Source: Escherichia coli
Lineage (GTDB): Bacteria; Pseudomonadota; Gammaproteobacteria; Enterobacterales; Enterobacteriaceae
Reading direction: 5' to 3' (one strand)
DNA length: 64,000 nucleotides
Assembly (NCBI RefSeq): GCF_003334385.1
Contig: NZ_QOWN01000001.1
Translations under genes and position numbers: made by a program
In this document: positions 37,200 to 48,595 of the stretch, piece by piece
Position numbering within the stretch: position 1 is the first letter of the stretch
How the letters are laid out: every line of letters starts with the position of its first letter
Notes under the pieces: model-generated
Told to the model about the DNA's origin: nothing
Database searches by the model: none
Seen by the model: only the letters and a program-made list of their open reading frames with translations

Positions 37200-38396
37200 A
37201 TGCGTGGAGAATTTTATCAGCAGTTAACCAACGATCTGGAAACCGCACGGGCGGAAGGGTTGTTTAAAGAAGAGCGCATTATTACGTCTGCGCAGCAAGC
37301 AGATATCACTGTGGCTGATGGAAGCCACGTCATTAACTTTTGTGCCAACAACTATCTCGGGCTGGCGAATCATCCTGATCTGATTGCGGCGGCAAAGGCG
37401 GGAATGGATTCTCACGGTTTCGGCATGGCTTCGGTGCGTTTTATTTGCGGCACTCAGGACAGCCATAAAGAGCTTGAACAAAAACTGGCGGCCTTCCTGG
37501 GGATGGAAGATGCGATTCTCTACTCTTCCTGCTTTGATGCTAACGGTGGCCTGTTTGAAACGCTTCTGGGTGCGGAAGACGCCATTATCTCCGACGCACT
37601 GAACCACGCGTCTATTATTGATGGTGTGCGTCTGTGCAAAGCTAAACGCTATCGCTATGCCAACAACGATATGCAGGAGCTGGAAGCACGTCTGAAAGAA
37701 GCGCGTGAAGCCGGTGCGCGTCATGTGCTGATCGCCACCGATGGTGTGTTCTCAATGGACGGCGTGATTGCCAACCTGAAGGGCGTTTGCGATCTGGCAG
37801 ATAAATATGATGCCCTGGTGATGGTAGACGACTCCCACGCGGTCGGTTTTGTCGGTGAAAATGGTCGTGGTTCCCATGAATACTGCGATGTGATGGGCCG
37901 GGTCGATATTATCACCGGTACGCTTGGTAAAGCGCTGGGCGGGGCTTCTGGTGGTTATACCGCGGCGCGCAAAGAAGTGGTTGAGTGGCTGCGCCAGCGT
38001 TCTCGTCCGTACCTGTTCTCCAACTCGCTGGCACCGGCCATTGTTGCCGCGTCCATCAAAGTACTGGAGATGGTCGAAGCGGGCAGCGAACTGCGTGACC
38101 GTCTGTGGGCGAACGCGCGTCAGTTCCGTGAGCAAATGTCGGCGGCGGGCTTTACCCTGGCGGGAGCCGATCACGCCATTATTCCGGTCATGCTTGGTGA
38201 TGCGGTAGTGGCGCAGAAATTTGCCCGTGAGCTGCAAAAAGAGGGCATTTACGTTACCGGTTTCTTCTATCCGGTCGTTCCGAAAGGTCAGGCGCGTATT
38301 CGTACCCAGATGTCTGCGGCGCATACCCCTGAGCAAATTACGCGTGCAGTAGAAGCATTTACGCGTATTGGTAAACAACTGGGCGTTATCGCCTGA
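37200..38396 (+). CDS. kbl: 2-amino-3-ketobutyrate CoA ligase (glycine C-acetyltransferase)
   Basis: 398-aa ORF starting [32 protein letters not shown], a PLP-dependent class II aminotransferase fold. Confidence 0.96.
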   Translation: MRGEFYQQLTNDLETARAEGLFKEERIITSAQQADITVADGSHVINFCANNYLGLANHPDLIAAAKAGMDSHGFGMASVRFICGTQDSHKELEQKLAAFLGMEDAILYSSCFDANGGLFETLLGAEDAIISDALNHASIIDGVRLCKAKRYRYANNDMQELEARLKEAREAGARHVLIATDGVFSMDGVIANLKGVCDLADKYDALVMVDDSHAVGFVGENGRGSHEYCDVMGRVDIITGTLGKALGGASGGYTAARKEVVEWLRQRSRPYLFSNSLAPAIVAASIKVLEMVEAGSELRDRLWANARQFREQMSAAGFTLAGADHAIIPVMLGDAVVAQKFARELQKEGIYVTGFFYPVVPKGQARIRTQMSAAHTPEQITRAVEAFTRIGKQLGVIA

Positions 38397-38405
38397 GGAT
38401 GTGAG

Positions 38406-39431
38406 ATGAAAGCGTTATCCAAACTGAAAGCGGAAGAGGGCATCTGGATGACCGACGTTCCTGTACCGGAACTCGGGCATAACGATCTGCTGATTAAAAT
38501 CCGTAAAACAGCCATCTGCGGGACTGACGTTCACATCTATAACTGGGATGAGTGGTCGCAAAAAACCATCCCGGTGCCGATGGTCGTGGGCCATGAATAT
38601 GTCGGTGAAGTGGTAGGTATTGGTCAGGAAGTGAAAGGCTTCAAGATCGGCGATCGCGTTTCTGGCGAAGGCCATATCACCTGTGGTCATTGCCGCAACT
38701 GTCGTGGTGGTCGTACCCATTTGTGCCGCAACACGATAGGCGTTGGTGTTAATCGCCCGGGCTGCTTTGCCGAATATCTGGTGATCCCGGCATTCAACGC
38801 CTTCAAAATCCCCGACAATATTTCCGATGACTTAGCCGCAATTTTTGATCCCTTCGGTAACGCCGTGCATACCGCGCTGTCGTTTGATCTGGTGGGCGAA
38901 GATGTGCTGGTTTCTGGTGCAGGCCCGATTGGTATTATGGCAGCGGCGGTGGCGAAACACGTTGGTGCACGCAATGTGGTGATCACTGATGTTAACGAAT
39001 ACCGCCTTGAGCTGGCGCGTAAAATGGGTATCACCCGTGCGGTTAACGTCGCCAAAGAAAATCTCAATGACGTGATGGCGGAGTTAGGCATGACCGAAGG
39101 TTTTGATGTCGGTCTGGAAATGTCCGGTGCGCCGCCAGCGTTTCGTACCATGCTTGACACCATGAACCACGGCGGCCGTATTGCGATGCTGGGTATTCCG
39201 CCGTCTGATATGTCTATCGACTGGACCAAAGTGATCTTTAAAGGCTTGTTCATTAAAGGTATTTACGGTCGTGAGATGTTTGAAACCTGGTACAAGATGG
39301 CGGCGCTGATTCAGTCTGGCCTCGATCTTTCGCCGATCATTACCCATCGTTTCTCTATCGATGATTTCCAGAAGGGCTTTGACGCTATGCGTTCGGGCCA
39401 GTCCGGGAAAGTTATTCTGAGCTGGGATTAA
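38406..39431 (+). CDS. tdh: L-threonine 3-dehydrogenase
   Basis: 341-aa ORF starting [45 protein letters not shown], a Zn-dependent MDR dehydrogenase. Confidence 0.96.
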   Translation: MKALSKLKAEEGIWMTDVPVPELGHNDLLIKIRKTAICGTDVHIYNWDEWSQKTIPVPMVVGHEYVGEVVGIGQEVKGFKIGDRVSGEGHITCGHCRNCRGGRTHLCRNTIGVGVNRPGCFAEYLVIPAFNAFKIPDNISDDLAAIFDPFGNAVHTALSFDLVGEDVLVSGAGPIGIMAAAVAKHVGARNVVITDVNEYRLELARKMGITRAVNVAKENLNDVMAELGMTEGFDVGLEMSGAPPAFRTMLDTMNHGGRIAMLGIPPSDMSIDWTKVIFKGLFIKGIYGREMFETWYKMAALIQSGLDLSPIITHRFSIDDFQKGFDAMRSGQSGKVILSWD

Positions 39432-39438
39432 CACGAAC

Positions 39439-39462
39439 AAGGGCTGGTATTCCAGCCCTTTT
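39439..39462 (+). terminator. rho-independent terminator of kbl-tdh
   Basis: Stem aagggctgg/ccagccctt with a 4-nt loop followed by tt, 8 nt after the tdh stop. Confidence 0.75.
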
Positions 39463-39669
39463 ATCTGAGGATAATCTGTTAAATATGTAAAATCCTGTCA
39501 GTGTAATAAAGAGTTCGTAATTGTGCTGATCTCTTATATAGCTGCTCTCATTATCTCTCTACCCTGAAGTGACTCTCTCACCTGTAAAAATAATATCTCA
39601 CAGGCTTAATAGTTTCTTAATACAAAGCCTGTAAAACGTCAGGATAACTTCAGAGGTCGTCGGTAATTT

Positions 39670-40704
39670 ATGATGAACAGCACCAATAAACTTAGTGTTA
39701 TTATTCCGTTATATAATGCGGGCGATGATTTCCGCACTTGTATGGAATCTTTAATTACGCAAACCTGGACTGCTCTGGAAATCATTATTATTAACGATGG
39801 TTCAACGGATAATTCTGTTGAAATAGCAAAGTATTACGCAGAAAACTATCCGCACGTTCGTTTGTTGCATCAGGCGAATGCTGGCGCATCGGTGGCGCGT
39901 AATCGTGGGATTGAAGTGGCAACGGGCAAATATGTCGCTTTTGTCGATGCTGACGATGAAGTCTATCCCACCATGTACGAAACGCTGATGACCATGGCGT
40001 TAGAGGACGACCTCGACGTGGCGCAGTGCAACGCTGACTGGTGTTTTCGTGAAACGGGAGAAACCTGGCAATCCATCCCCACCGATCGCCTTCGCTCAAC
40101 CGGCGTATTAACCGGCCCGGACTGGCTGCGGATGGGGCTTTCTTCGCGCCGTTGGACTCACGTTGTCTGGATGGGGGTTTATCGCCGTGATGTTATTGTT
40201 AAAAATAACATTAAATTTATTGCCGGATTACATCATCAGGATATTGTCTGGACAACAGAATTCATGTTTAACGCGCTGCGTGCGCGATATACCGAGCAAT
40301 CATTATATAAATATTATCTGCATAATACGTCAGTGAGTCGGTTGCATAGACAAGGGAATAAAAACCTTAATTATCAACGTCACTATATTAAGATTACCCG
40401 CCTGCTGGAGAAATTAAATCGAAATTATGCCGACAAAATTATGATTTATCCGGAATTTCATCAGCAAATAACTTACGAGGCATTGCGTGTTTGCCATGCG
40501 GTGCGCAAAGAGCCGGATATTCTTACCCGCCAACGGATGATTGCCGAGATATTTACTTCCGGTATGTATAAGCGCCTGATTACCAATGTGCGCAGCGTGA
40601 AGGTCGGTTACCAGGCGTTACTGTGGTCTTTCCGCTTATGGCAATGGCGCGACAAAACGCGGTCGCACCATCGCATTACGCGTAGCGCCTTTAATTTGCG
40701 CTAG
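39670..40704 (+). CDS. waaH: GT2 glycosyltransferase WaaH (YibD), reported to add glucuronic acid to the LPS core
   Basis: 344-aa ORF starting MMNSTNKLSVIIPLYNAGDDFRTCMESLITQTW, with GT2 motifs INDGSTD and VDADD. Confidence 0.9.
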   Translation: MMNSTNKLSVIIPLYNAGDDFRTCMESLITQTWTALEIIIINDGSTDNSVEIAKYYAENYPHVRLLHQANAGASVARNRGIEVATGKYVAFVDADDEVYPTMYETLMTMALEDDLDVAQCNADWCFRETGETWQSIPTDRLRSTGVLTGPDWLRMGLSSRRWTHVVWMGVYRRDVIVKNNIKFIAGLHHQDIVWTTEFMFNALRARYTEQSLYKYYLHNTSVSRLHRQGNKNLNYQRHYIKITRLLEKLNRNYADKIMIYPEFHQQITYEALRVCHAVRKEPDILTRQRMIAEIFTSGMYKRLITNVRSVKVGYQALLWSFRLWQWRDKTRSHHRITRSAFNLR

Positions 40705-41650
40705 CGTTAAACTTCGCCGCTTCGGGCTGTTTGCCCCAGCCTTGCCACTGATGCTGGAAGTAAACGATCAGCGTGCTCTGGCTGATGCTTTCGCTTAATA
40801 CTTCAAAGAAGCGATTAGCATAAACAGGTTCTATCGGTTTCTTCGGTTTGCACAGCTTCACGCCACGGAACGGATTACGCGGTGCATCAGGCACAGCGTT
40901 TTTCGGCGGTGTAGAAGTATCAACCTGCGGTTCATTCAGCAAGCTGCTGGCTTTCACCAGCGTAATGTCTGGCGGCAGGTTATAAACCATCTGTTGCAAC
41001 ACGCGTACCGTTGCAGGGTGAGGATGCCCAATGGCAATGGTCGAACCGTTGCGACGCGCCAGGTCAATTGCGCGATTAAATTGCACACGGATGTCCGCTT
41101 CATTTTGCGAATCGTCGAGGAATACCTTCCGTTTGATCACCTTCACGCCAGTGCCTTGCGCGGCGCGCATCGCCTGGGTATTACCGATGGTTACGCTGTC
41201 GAGGAAGTAAAGATTGTAACGCTCCAGCGCCTGCATCACTTTCTGCATACCAAACAGGTTAGAGGTCATCTTGCTGCCCATGTGGTTGTTGATCCCCACG
41301 GCATAGGGCACGTTATTGACCGCACTACGAATAATGCGCTCAATTTCGTCGCTGCTCATCTCCGGGCGTAGCGTATTTTTCTCCAGCGGCTGTTTACTCA
41401 ACGGTGCCATCGGGAGATGAATCAACACTTCGTGCCCGCTGTTATGCGCTTTGGTCGCCATCTCTCTGGCGTGCGGTGAATCGGGTAATACAGCGACGGA
41501 GATAGCGGAAGGCATCGCCAGCACCTGGTTTTCGTTGTGCGGGCGATACCCAAAATCATCAATGACGATGGCAAGTTTGCCAGCAAGTACGGGGGAGGAG
41601 AGCGCCAACAGAGCGGCAAATGCAAGAACGTTACGACGAAATGGAAACAA
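40691..41650 (-). CDS. yibQ: divergent polysaccharide deacetylase family protein YibQ
   Basis: 319-aa ORF starting MFPFRRNVLAFAALLALSSPVLAGKLAIVIDDFGY (signal peptide). It is downstream of envC, and its 3' end overlaps the waaH 3' end by 14 nt. Confidence 0.88.
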   Translation of the reverse strand: MFPFRRNVLAFAALLALSSPVLAGKLAIVIDDFGYRPHNENQVLAMPSAISVAVLPDSPHAREMATKAHNSGHEVLIHLPMAPLSKQPLEKNTLRPEMSSDEIERIIRSAVNNVPYAVGINNHMGSKMTSNLFGMQKVMQALERYNLYFLDSVTIGNTQAMRAAQGTGVKVIKRKVFLDDSQNEADIRVQFNRAIDLARRNGSTIAIGHPHPATVRVLQQMVYNLPPDITLVKASSLLNEPQVDTSTPPKNAVPDAPRNPFRGVKLCKPKKPIEPVYANRFFEVLSESISQSTLIVYFQHQWQGWGKQPEAAKFNASAN

Positions 41651-41653
41651 AAC

Positions 41654-42913
41654 TTATCTTCCCAACCACGGCTGTGGATTGACCGCCTGACCCTGGCGGC
41701 GAATTTCGAAATAGAGTGAAGGCCGACCCTGACCGCCACTGCTGCCCACCAGTGCAATCGGCTGGCCCGCGCGAACCTGCGAACCAACGCTCACCAGTGC
41801 GCTCTGATTATAGCCGTAAAGACTCATGTCGCCTTTACCATGCTCAACCACCACCACCAGACCGTAGCCTTGCAGCCAGTCAGCCAGAATCACCCGACCG
41901 TCGGCAATCGCTTTAACTTCAGTACCTTCAGAAGCACCGATAACCATACCTTTCCAGCGTAATTCACCCTGTAGCTGTTCGCCATAGCGATGCAGCGTCG
42001 GCCCGCGAACCGGCCAGAATGCCTGACCACGCGGCGCGCCCAGACCACCGGTACGGGACATCAGCGATTTTTCGCTTTCGGTCGGTTTGTAGGTGGTGCC
42101 TTTGCGCGTCGCTTCTTTCTGGCGGTCGCGAACCGCCTGGGCCTCACGTGCTTCTCGTTCTGCACGCGCTTTCGCCGCGGCTTCCGCACGGGCAATGCTG
42201 TTACGCAGACGGGATTCGTTGGCGCGCAGCTCGCTCAACTGTTGCTGACCTTGCTGGATGGAAGACTCCAGCCCTGCCAGCGTCTTTTTACGCTCGTTCA
42301 GCGCCTGAGTCAGTTTCGCCTGTTGGGCGCGCTGCTCATATAACAGCGTTTGTTGCTCGCTCTGTTTCTCTTCCAGTTCAGCACGCTGCATGGCGACTTC
42401 TTCACGCGTTTGCTTCAACTGGGCAATGGTTTCTTGTCGTGCCTGGTTGAGATAGCCGAAATAAGCCTGTAAACGCTGTCCACGCTGGCTTTCTTCACCG
42501 CTGAGAATCAGCTGAATACCGGTATGCTCGCCCTGACGGAATGCGGCATCCAGTTGTGCGGCGAGGCTGCGCTCCTGGGCGGCTTTTTGCTGCTCCAGTT
42601 TGGCAATCGACGCGTTCATCTCATCAATCTGTTTATTGAGTTGATTGAGCGTGTTTTGCGTTTCGCGCAGCTTACGGGTGGCTTCAGAGATCGCTTCTTC
42701 CTGCTTTTTCAATTGTGCGAGCAGGCTTGCGCGTTGTTGTTGCTTTTGGCGTACCGCGCGCTCTTTTGCGGCGATGTCAGCCTGAATAGATTTGAGTTGG
42801 TCACGCTCATCCGCGTGGGCGGAAAAGGCGCACAACAATACGCCAGCGCTAAGAACGCTGGCGTAGATGATGGGCCTGATTGCAAACCTGCGCGGTTTCA
42901 CGGCCCGTGTCAT
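41654..42913 (-). CDS. envC: murein hydrolase activator EnvC (coiled coil + LytM/M23 domain)
   Basis: ORF 41654..42937. The ATG at 42913 gives 419 aa starting MTRAVKPRRFAIRPIIYASVLSAGVLLCAFSAHA. It has a long Q/E/A/R-rich coiled coil and a C-terminal M23-like domain. Confidence 0.92.
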   Translation of the reverse strand: MTRAVKPRRFAIRPIIYASVLSAGVLLCAFSAHADERDQLKSIQADIAAKERAVRQKQQQRASLLAQLKKQEEAISEATRKLRETQNTLNQLNKQIDEMNASIAKLEQQKAAQERSLAAQLDAAFRQGEHTGIQLILSGEESQRGQRLQAYFGYLNQARQETIAQLKQTREEVAMQRAELEEKQSEQQTLLYEQRAQQAKLTQALNERKKTLAGLESSIQQGQQQLSELRANESRLRNSIARAEAAAKARAEREAREAQAVRDRQKEATRKGTTYKPTESEKSLMSRTGGLGAPRGQAFWPVRGPTLHRYGEQLQGELRWKGMVIGASEGTEVKAIADGRVILADWLQGYGLVVVVEHGKGDMSLYGYNQSALVSVGSQVRAGQPIALVGSSGGQGRPSLYFEIRRQGQAVNPQPWLGR

Positions 42914-42946
42914 GGTATTAATCGCCTTTCCCCTCATGGGGAGGGA

Positions 42947-44491
42947 TTATTCCACGATGAACAGCGGCTTACCAGTCATCTCTTGCGGGATTTCCATACC
43001 CATCAGCGACAACATGGTCGGCGCGATGTCAGAAAGTTTGCCGCCTTCAACCGCTTTCACGTTCTTATCACCAACGTAAATCAGCGGAACTGGCTGGTTG
43101 GTGTGTGCCGTGTGTGCCTGACCCGTTGCCGGATCGCGCATCTGCTCAGCGTTACCGTGGTCAGCGGTGATCAGCAGTTGTCCACCCACGGACTCAACCG
43201 CTTTCGCGACTTCTTCCACGCAGTGATCCAGCGCTTCAACCGCTTTAACCGCCGCTTCCATCACCCCGGTGTGACCTACCATGTCGCCGTTCGGATAGTT
43301 ACAGATGATGGTGTCGTATTTGCCGCTCTTGATGGCCGCAACCAGTTTTTCGGTCAGCTCTGCGGAGCTCATTTCCGGTTGCAGATCGTAGGTAGCCACT
43401 TTCGGTGAGTTGATCAGAATGCGATCTTCGCCTTTGAACGACTCTTCTACGCCACCGTTGAAGAAGAAAGTAACGTGGGCATATTTTTCGGTTTCGGAAA
43501 TACGCAACTGAGTTTTGTCGTTTTTCGCCATCCACTCGCCGAAGGTGTTAACCAGGGAAGCGGGTGGGTAAGCAACCGCAGTTTTGATGTCAGCGGCGTA
43601 TTCGGTCAGCATCACGAAATCGACGTTAACCACTTTCTTACGCGCGAAGCCATCGAAATCAGCGTTCACGAAAGCACGAGTGATTTCACGCGCGCGGTCA
43701 GCACGGAAGTTCATGAAAATCAGTGCATCGCCGTCTTCCATTGCCGCGTCTGGCTGACCTTCAGCACGGATAACGGTCGCTTTCACGAATTCATCATTTT
43801 CGTCGCGAGCATAAGCAGCCTGCAAACCAGCAACGGCGGTATCGGCCTGGAACTCGCCCTGCGCCAGAGTCAGCAGGTCATAAGCTTTTTCTACGCGATC
43901 CCAACGGTTATCGCGGTCCATCGCGTAGTAACGACCAATGATGGACGCTACGCGGCCTTTGCCCAGCGCGGCAAATTTTTCTTCGAATTTTTTCAGCGAG
44001 GATTCAGCACTGCGCGGCGGAGTGTCGCGACCGTCAAGGAATGCGTGCAGGTAGATTTTTTCTGCGCCGCGTTCAGCTGCCAGTTCTACCATCGCCATGA
44101 TGTGATCTTCGTGGCTGTGTACGCCGCCTGCGGAGAGCAGACCCATAATGTGTACCGCTTTGCCTGCGTTTTTCGCTTTATCTACCGCGCCAGTCAGCAC
44201 CGGATTAGCAAAGAAAGCGCGATCTTTGATTTCAACGTCCAGACGAGTCAGGTCCTGATACACGATGCGGCCGGCACCCAGGTTAACGTGGCCTACTTCG
44301 GAGTTACCCATCTGACGGTCAGGCAGACCGACTTCCAGACCGGAAGCGTCGATTAGGGTATGCGGACGATTGGCCCACAGTGCATCCATTACCGGGGTTT
44401 TAGCACTAAAAATGGCGTTATCCTGCTGTTCTTCGCGATAGCCATAGCCATCCAGAATCACCAGTACCATAGGTTTTTTAGAAACCAACAT
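42947..44491 (-). CDS. gpmM: 2,3-bisphosphoglycerate-independent phosphoglycerate mutase GpmM (GpmI)
   Basis: ORF 42947..44713. The ATG at 44491 gives 514 aa starting [27 protein letters not shown]. The upstream 74 codons are an unsupported read-through. Confidence 0.95.
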   Translation of the reverse strand: MLVSKKPMVLVILDGYGYREEQQDNAIFSAKTPVMDALWANRPHTLIDASGLEVGLPDRQMGNSEVGHVNLGAGRIVYQDLTRLDVEIKDRAFFANPVLTGAVDKAKNAGKAVHIMGLLSAGGVHSHEDHIMAMVELAAERGAEKIYLHAFLDGRDTPPRSAESSLKKFEEKFAALGKGRVASIIGRYYAMDRDNRWDRVEKAYDLLTLAQGEFQADTAVAGLQAAYARDENDEFVKATVIRAEGQPDAAMEDGDALIFMNFRADRAREITRAFVNADFDGFARKKVVNVDFVMLTEYAADIKTAVAYPPASLVNTFGEWMAKNDKTQLRISETEKYAHVTFFFNGGVEESFKGEDRILINSPKVATYDLQPEMSSAELTEKLVAAIKSGKYDTIICNYPNGDMVGHTGVMEAAVKAVEALDHCVEEVAKAVESVGGQLLITADHGNAEQMRDPATGQAHTAHTNQPVPLIYVGDKNVKAVEGGKLSDIAPTMLSLMGMEIPQEMTGKPLFIVE

Positions 44492-44736
44492 TGCGACAAC
44501 CTCATACTCAAGAGTCAAAATTTGCGTAATTTTACTACAGCTGAATCGATAAAATAGCCTCTGAAGATCAAAATATACGACCGCTCGCGGCAAGCCGATG
44601 CCAGATTTACGCTTTTTTTTTCGTCGCGCCCCGCAAAATTGCATTCCAGTTAACGCGCTGGCTGTATTTGCCGCACCGCGCAGGTATACTCCTTTCCTGG
44701 TTTTTTTAATCACTACGTCGGGAGTTGTTACCCCCC

Positions 44737-45168
44737 ATGCAAGAAATTATGCAATTTGTTGGCCGTCATCCCATACTGAGTATCGCCTGGATCGCGTTAC
44801 TGGTGGCGGTTCTTGTGACTACGTTTAAGAGCCTGACCTCGAAAGTGAAGGTGATTACTCGTGGTGAAGCTACGCGTCTGATCAACAAAGAAGACGCTGT
44901 GGTTGTGGATTTACGTCAGCGTGATGACTTCCGTAAAGGCCATATCGCAGGTTCTATTAATCTGTTGCCGAGCGAAATCAAAGCCAACAATGTTGGTGAG
45001 CTTGAGAAGCACAAAGACAAACCGGTTATCGTGGTAGACGGTTCTGGCATGCAGTGCCAGGAGCCTGCAAACGCACTGACGAAAGCTGGTTTTGCGCAAG
45101 TATTCGTGCTGAAAGAAGGCGTCGCTGGCTGGGCTGGCGAAAACTTGCCTTTGGTGCGCGGCAAATAA
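44737..45168 (+). CDS. yibN: rhodanese-domain inner membrane protein YibN
   Basis: ORF 44725..45168. The ATG at 44737 gives 143 aa starting [27 protein letters not shown], with an N-terminal TM segment and a rhodanese fold. Confidence 0.88.
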
Positions 45169-45309
45169 TTTACCTGTCGTCTTTCATGATGCAGGCCGTT
45201 AGCTGCAATTAGGCCCCCAGCGACTTATTGTTATAAGCTTCTGGGGACACTCCATTTTGCTGCCGCCCTGCAACATGAAATTTCAGGGTAAAAAAACAGG
45301 AGCTAATTT

Positions 45310-45561
45310 ATGGCCAATGTTGAAATCTATACCAAAGAAACCTGCCCGTATTGCCATCGTGCAAAAGCACTGCTGAGCAGCAAGGGCGTGAGTTTCCAGG
45401 AGCTGCCGATCGATGGCAACGCCGCCAAGCGTGAAGAGATGATCAAACGCAGCGGTCGCACCACGGTTCCCCAGATTTTTATTGACGCACAGCACATTGG
45501 CGGCTGTGATGACTTGTATGCATTGGATGCACGTGGTGGACTGGATCCCCTGCTGAAATAA
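45310..45561 (+). CDS. grxC: glutaredoxin 3
   Basis: 83-aa ORF starting [26 protein letters not shown], with the CPYC active site. Confidence 0.96.
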
Positions 45562-45623
45562 CGTGTGAACGTTGGCATTACATTGCGCAGTATTTAAGGA
45601 CAACACTTAAGGGTTTTCTACAC

Positions 45624-46091
45624 ATGTCAGAACAAAACAACACTGAAATGACTTTCCAGATCCAACGTATTTATACCAAGGATATCTCTTTCGAAGCGCC
45701 GAACGCGCCGCACGTTTTCCAGAAAGATTGGCAACCAGAAGTTAAACTTGATCTGGATACGGCATCTTCCCAACTGGCAGATGACGTATACGAAGTGGTA
45801 CTGCGTGTTACCGTAACGGCCTCTTTGGGCGAAGAAACCGCGTTCCTGTGTGAAGTTCAGCAGGGCGGTATTTTCTCCATCGCGGGTATCGAAGGCACCC
45901 AGATGGCGCATTGCCTGGGAGCATACTGCCCGAACATTCTGTTCCCGTATGCTCGTGAGTGCATCACCAGCATGGTATCCCGCGGTACATTCCCGCAACT
46001 GAACCTTGCGCCGGTTAACTTCGATGCGCTGTTCATGAACTATTTGCAGCAGCAGGCTGGCGAAGGTACTGAAGAACATCAGGATGCCTGA
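45624..46091 (+). CDS. secB: protein-export chaperone SecB
   Basis: 155-aa ORF starting [33 protein letters not shown]. Confidence 0.97.
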
Positions 46092-47110
46092 TGAACCAAC
46101 GTAATGCTTCAATGACTGTGATCGGTGCCGGCTCGTACGGCACCGCTCTTGCCATCACCCTGGCAAGAAATGGCCACGAGGTTGTCCTCTGGGGCCATGA
46201 CCCTGAACATATCGCAACGCTTGAACGCGACCGCTGTAACGCCGCGTTTCTCCCCGATGTGCCTTTTCCCGATACGCTCCATCTTGAAAGCGATCTCGCC
46301 ACTGCGCTGGCAGCCAGCCGTAATATTCTCGTCGTCGTACCCAGCCATGTCTTTGGTGAAGTGCTGCGCCAGATTAAACCACTGATGCGTCCTGATGCGC
46401 GTCTGGTGTGGGCGACCAAAGGGCTGGAAGCGGAAACCGGACGTCTGTTACAGGACGTGGCGCGTGAGGCCTTAGGCGATCAAATTCCGCTGGCGGTTAT
46501 CTCTGGCCCAACGTTTGCGAAAGAACTGGCGGCAGGTTTACCGACAGCTATTTCGCTGGCCTCGACCGATCAGACCTTTGCCGATGATCTCCAGCAGCTG
46601 CTGCACTGCGGCAAAAGTTTCCGCGTTTACAGCAATCCGGATTTCATTGGCGTGCAGCTTGGCGGCGCGGTGAAAAACGTTATTGCCATTGGTGCGGGGA
46701 TGTCCGACGGTATCGGTTTTGGTGCGAATGCGCGTACGGCGCTGATCACCCGTGGGCTGGCTGAAATGTCGCGTCTTGGTGCGGCGCTGGGTGCCGACCC
46801 TGCCACCTTTATGGGCATGGCGGGGCTTGGCGATCTGGTGCTTACCTGTACCGACAACCAGTCGCGTAACCGCCGTTTTGGCATGATGCTCGGTCAGGGC
46901 ATGGATGTACAAAGCGCGCAGGAGAAGATTGGTCAGGTGGTGGAAGGCTACCGCAATACGAAAGAAGTCCGCGAACTGGCGCATCGCTTCGGCGTTGAAA
47001 TGCCAATAACCGAGGAAATTTATCAAGTATTATATTGCGGAAAAAACGCGCGCGAGGCAGCATTGACTTTACTAGGTCGTGCACGCAAGGACGAGCGCAG
47101 CAGCCACTAA
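46091..47110 (+). CDS. gpsA: NAD(P)H-dependent glycerol-3-phosphate dehydrogenase
   Basis: 339-aa ORF starting [29 protein letters not shown]. Its ATG shares one base with the secB TGA. Confidence 0.96.
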   Translation: MNQRNASMTVIGAGSYGTALAITLARNGHEVVLWGHDPEHIATLERDRCNAAFLPDVPFPDTLHLESDLATALAASRNILVVVPSHVFGEVLRQIKPLMRPDARLVWATKGLEAETGRLLQDVAREALGDQIPLAVISGPTFAKELAAGLPTAISLASTDQTFADDLQQLLHCGKSFRVYSNPDFIGVQLGGAVKNVIAIGAGMSDGIGFGANARTALITRGLAEMSRLGAALGADPATFMGMAGLGDLVLTCTDNQSRNRRFGMMLGQGMDVQSAQEKIGQVVEGYRNTKEVRELAHRFGVEMPITEEIYQVLYCGKNAREAALTLLGRARKDERSSH

Positions 47111-47135
47111 CCCCAGGGAACCTTTGTTACCGCTA

Positions 47136-47165
47136 TGACCCGGCCCGCGCAGAACGGGCCGGTCA
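47136..47165 (+). terminator. GC-rich stem-loop between gpsA and cysE (possible terminator or attenuator)
   Basis: tgacccggcccg-N7-cgggccggtca forms a roughly 11-bp stem with one bulge. It is followed by ttatct with no strong T-run. Confidence 0.4.
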
Positions 47166-47189
47166 TTATCTCATCGTGTGGAGTAAGCA

Positions 47190-48011
47190 ATGTCGTGTGA
47201 AGAACTGGAAATTGTCTGGAACAATATTAAAGCCGAAGCCAGAACGCTGGCGGACTGTGAGCCAATGCTGGCCAGTTTTTACCACGCGACGCTACTCAAG
47301 CACGAAAACCTTGGCAGTGCACTGAGCTACATGCTGGCGAACAAGCTGTCATCGCCAATTATGCCTGCTATTGCTATCCGTGAAGTGGTGGAAGAAGCCT
47401 ACGCCGCTGACCCGGAAATGATCGCCTCTGCGGCCTGTGATATTCAGGCGGTGCGTACCCGCGACCCGGCAGTCGATAAATACTCAACCCCGTTGTTATA
47501 CCTGAAGGGTTTTCATGCCTTGCAGGCCTATCGCATCGGTCACTGGTTGTGGAATCAGGGGCGTCGCGCACTGGCAATCTTTCTGCAAAACCAGGTTTCT
47601 GTGACGTTCCAGGTCGATATTCACCCGGCAGCAAAAATTGGTCGCGGTATCATGCTTGACCACGCGACAGGCATCGTCGTTGGTGAAACGGCGGTGATTG
47701 AAAACGACGTATCGATTCTGCAATCTGTGACGCTTGGCGGTACGGGTAAATCTGGTGGTGACCGTCACCCGAAAATTCGTGAAGGTGTGATGATTGGCGC
47801 GGGCGCGAAAATCCTCGGCAATATTGAAGTTGGGCGCGGCGCGAAGATTGGCGCAGGTTCCGTGGTGCTGCAACCGGTGCCGCCGCATACCACCGCCGCT
47901 GGCGTTCCGGCTCGTATTGTCGGTAAACCAGACAGCGATAAGCCATCAATGGATATGGACCAGCATTTCAACGGTATTAACCATACATTTGAGTATGGGG
48001 ATGGGATCTAA
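47190..48011 (+). CDS. cysE: serine O-acetyltransferase
   Basis: 273-aa ORF starting MSCEELEIVWNNIKAEARTLADCEPMLASFYHATLLKH, with hexapeptide repeats near the C-terminus. Confidence 0.96.
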   Translation: MSCEELEIVWNNIKAEARTLADCEPMLASFYHATLLKHENLGSALSYMLANKLSSPIMPAIAIREVVEEAYAADPEMIASAACDIQAVRTRDPAVDKYSTPLLYLKGFHALQAYRIGHWLWNQGRRALAIFLQNQVSVTFQVDIHPAAKIGRGIMLDHATGIVVGETAVIENDVSILQSVTLGGTGKSGGDRHPKIREGVMIGAGAKILGNIEVGRGAKIGAGSVVLQPVPPHTTAAGVPARIVGKPDSDKPSMDMDQHFNGINHTFEYGDGI

Positions 48012-48025
48012 TGTCCTGTGATCGT

Positions 48026-48058
48026 GCCGGATGCGATGTAATCATCTATCCGGCCTAC
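48026..48058. repeat. REP element
   Basis: gccggatgcgatgtaatcatctatccggcctac is a typical REP palindrome, between convergent cysE and trmL. Confidence 0.75.
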
Positions 48059-48063
48059 AGTAA

Positions 48064-48537
48064 CTAATCTCTCAATACCGCTCCCGGATACCCCAACTGC
48101 CGCCAGGCTTCATACACCACTACCGACACCGCATTGGACAGATTCATGCTGCGGCTGTCCGGCACCATCGGAATGCGAATTTTTTGTTCAGCGGGCAGGG
48201 CATCAAGAATGCTCGCTGGCAGGCCGCGTGTTTCCGGGCCGAACATCAGATAATCGCCATCCTGATAGCTTACGGCGCTGTGAGCAGGTGTACCTTTCGT
48301 GGTGAGGGCGAACAGGCGCTGGGGATTTTCTGCTTCGAGGAACGCGCGATAGTCATGATGACGCGTAACGGCGGTAAACTCGTGATAGTCCAGCCCCGCG
48401 CGGCGCAGGCGCTTATCGTCCCAGGCAAATCCCATCGGTTCGATGATATGCAGACGAAAGCCGGTATTAGCGCAAAGACGGATGATGTTGCCAGTATTTG
48501 GCGGAATTTCTGGTTCGTAAAGTACGATGTTTAGCAT
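48064..48537 (-). CDS. trmL: tRNA (Cm34/cmnm5Um34) 2'-O-methyltransferase TrmL (YibK)
   Basis: 157-aa ORF starting [34 protein letters not shown], a SPOUT methylase. Confidence 0.93.
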   Translation of the reverse strand: MLNIVLYEPEIPPNTGNIIRLCANTGFRLHIIEPMGFAWDDKRLRRAGLDYHEFTAVTRHHDYRAFLEAENPQRLFALTTKGTPAHSAVSYQDGDYLMFGPETRGLPASILDALPAEQKIRIPMVPDSRSMNLSNAVSVVVYEAWRQLGYPGAVLRD

Positions 48538-48595
48538 ACTGCCCCCTTAGTGCGGGGGCAGGATAGCAGAAAATTGGTGAGCAGTGCGGCCTTTT

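Noticed and set aside
37752-38378. 208-aa minus-strand ORF
   Set aside because: It is antisense to kbl, with no independent support.
39541-39669. Pho box upstream of waaH
   Set aside because: I could not find two CTGTCAT-like heptamers with 11-bp phasing on either strand. The best candidates match only 2-5 of 7 positions, so no feature is called.
42524-44356. Two ~294-aa plus-strand ORFs (42524..43408 and 43475..44356)
   Set aside because: Both are antisense to envC and gpmM. They have no start context or recognisable domains, so they are shadow ORFs.
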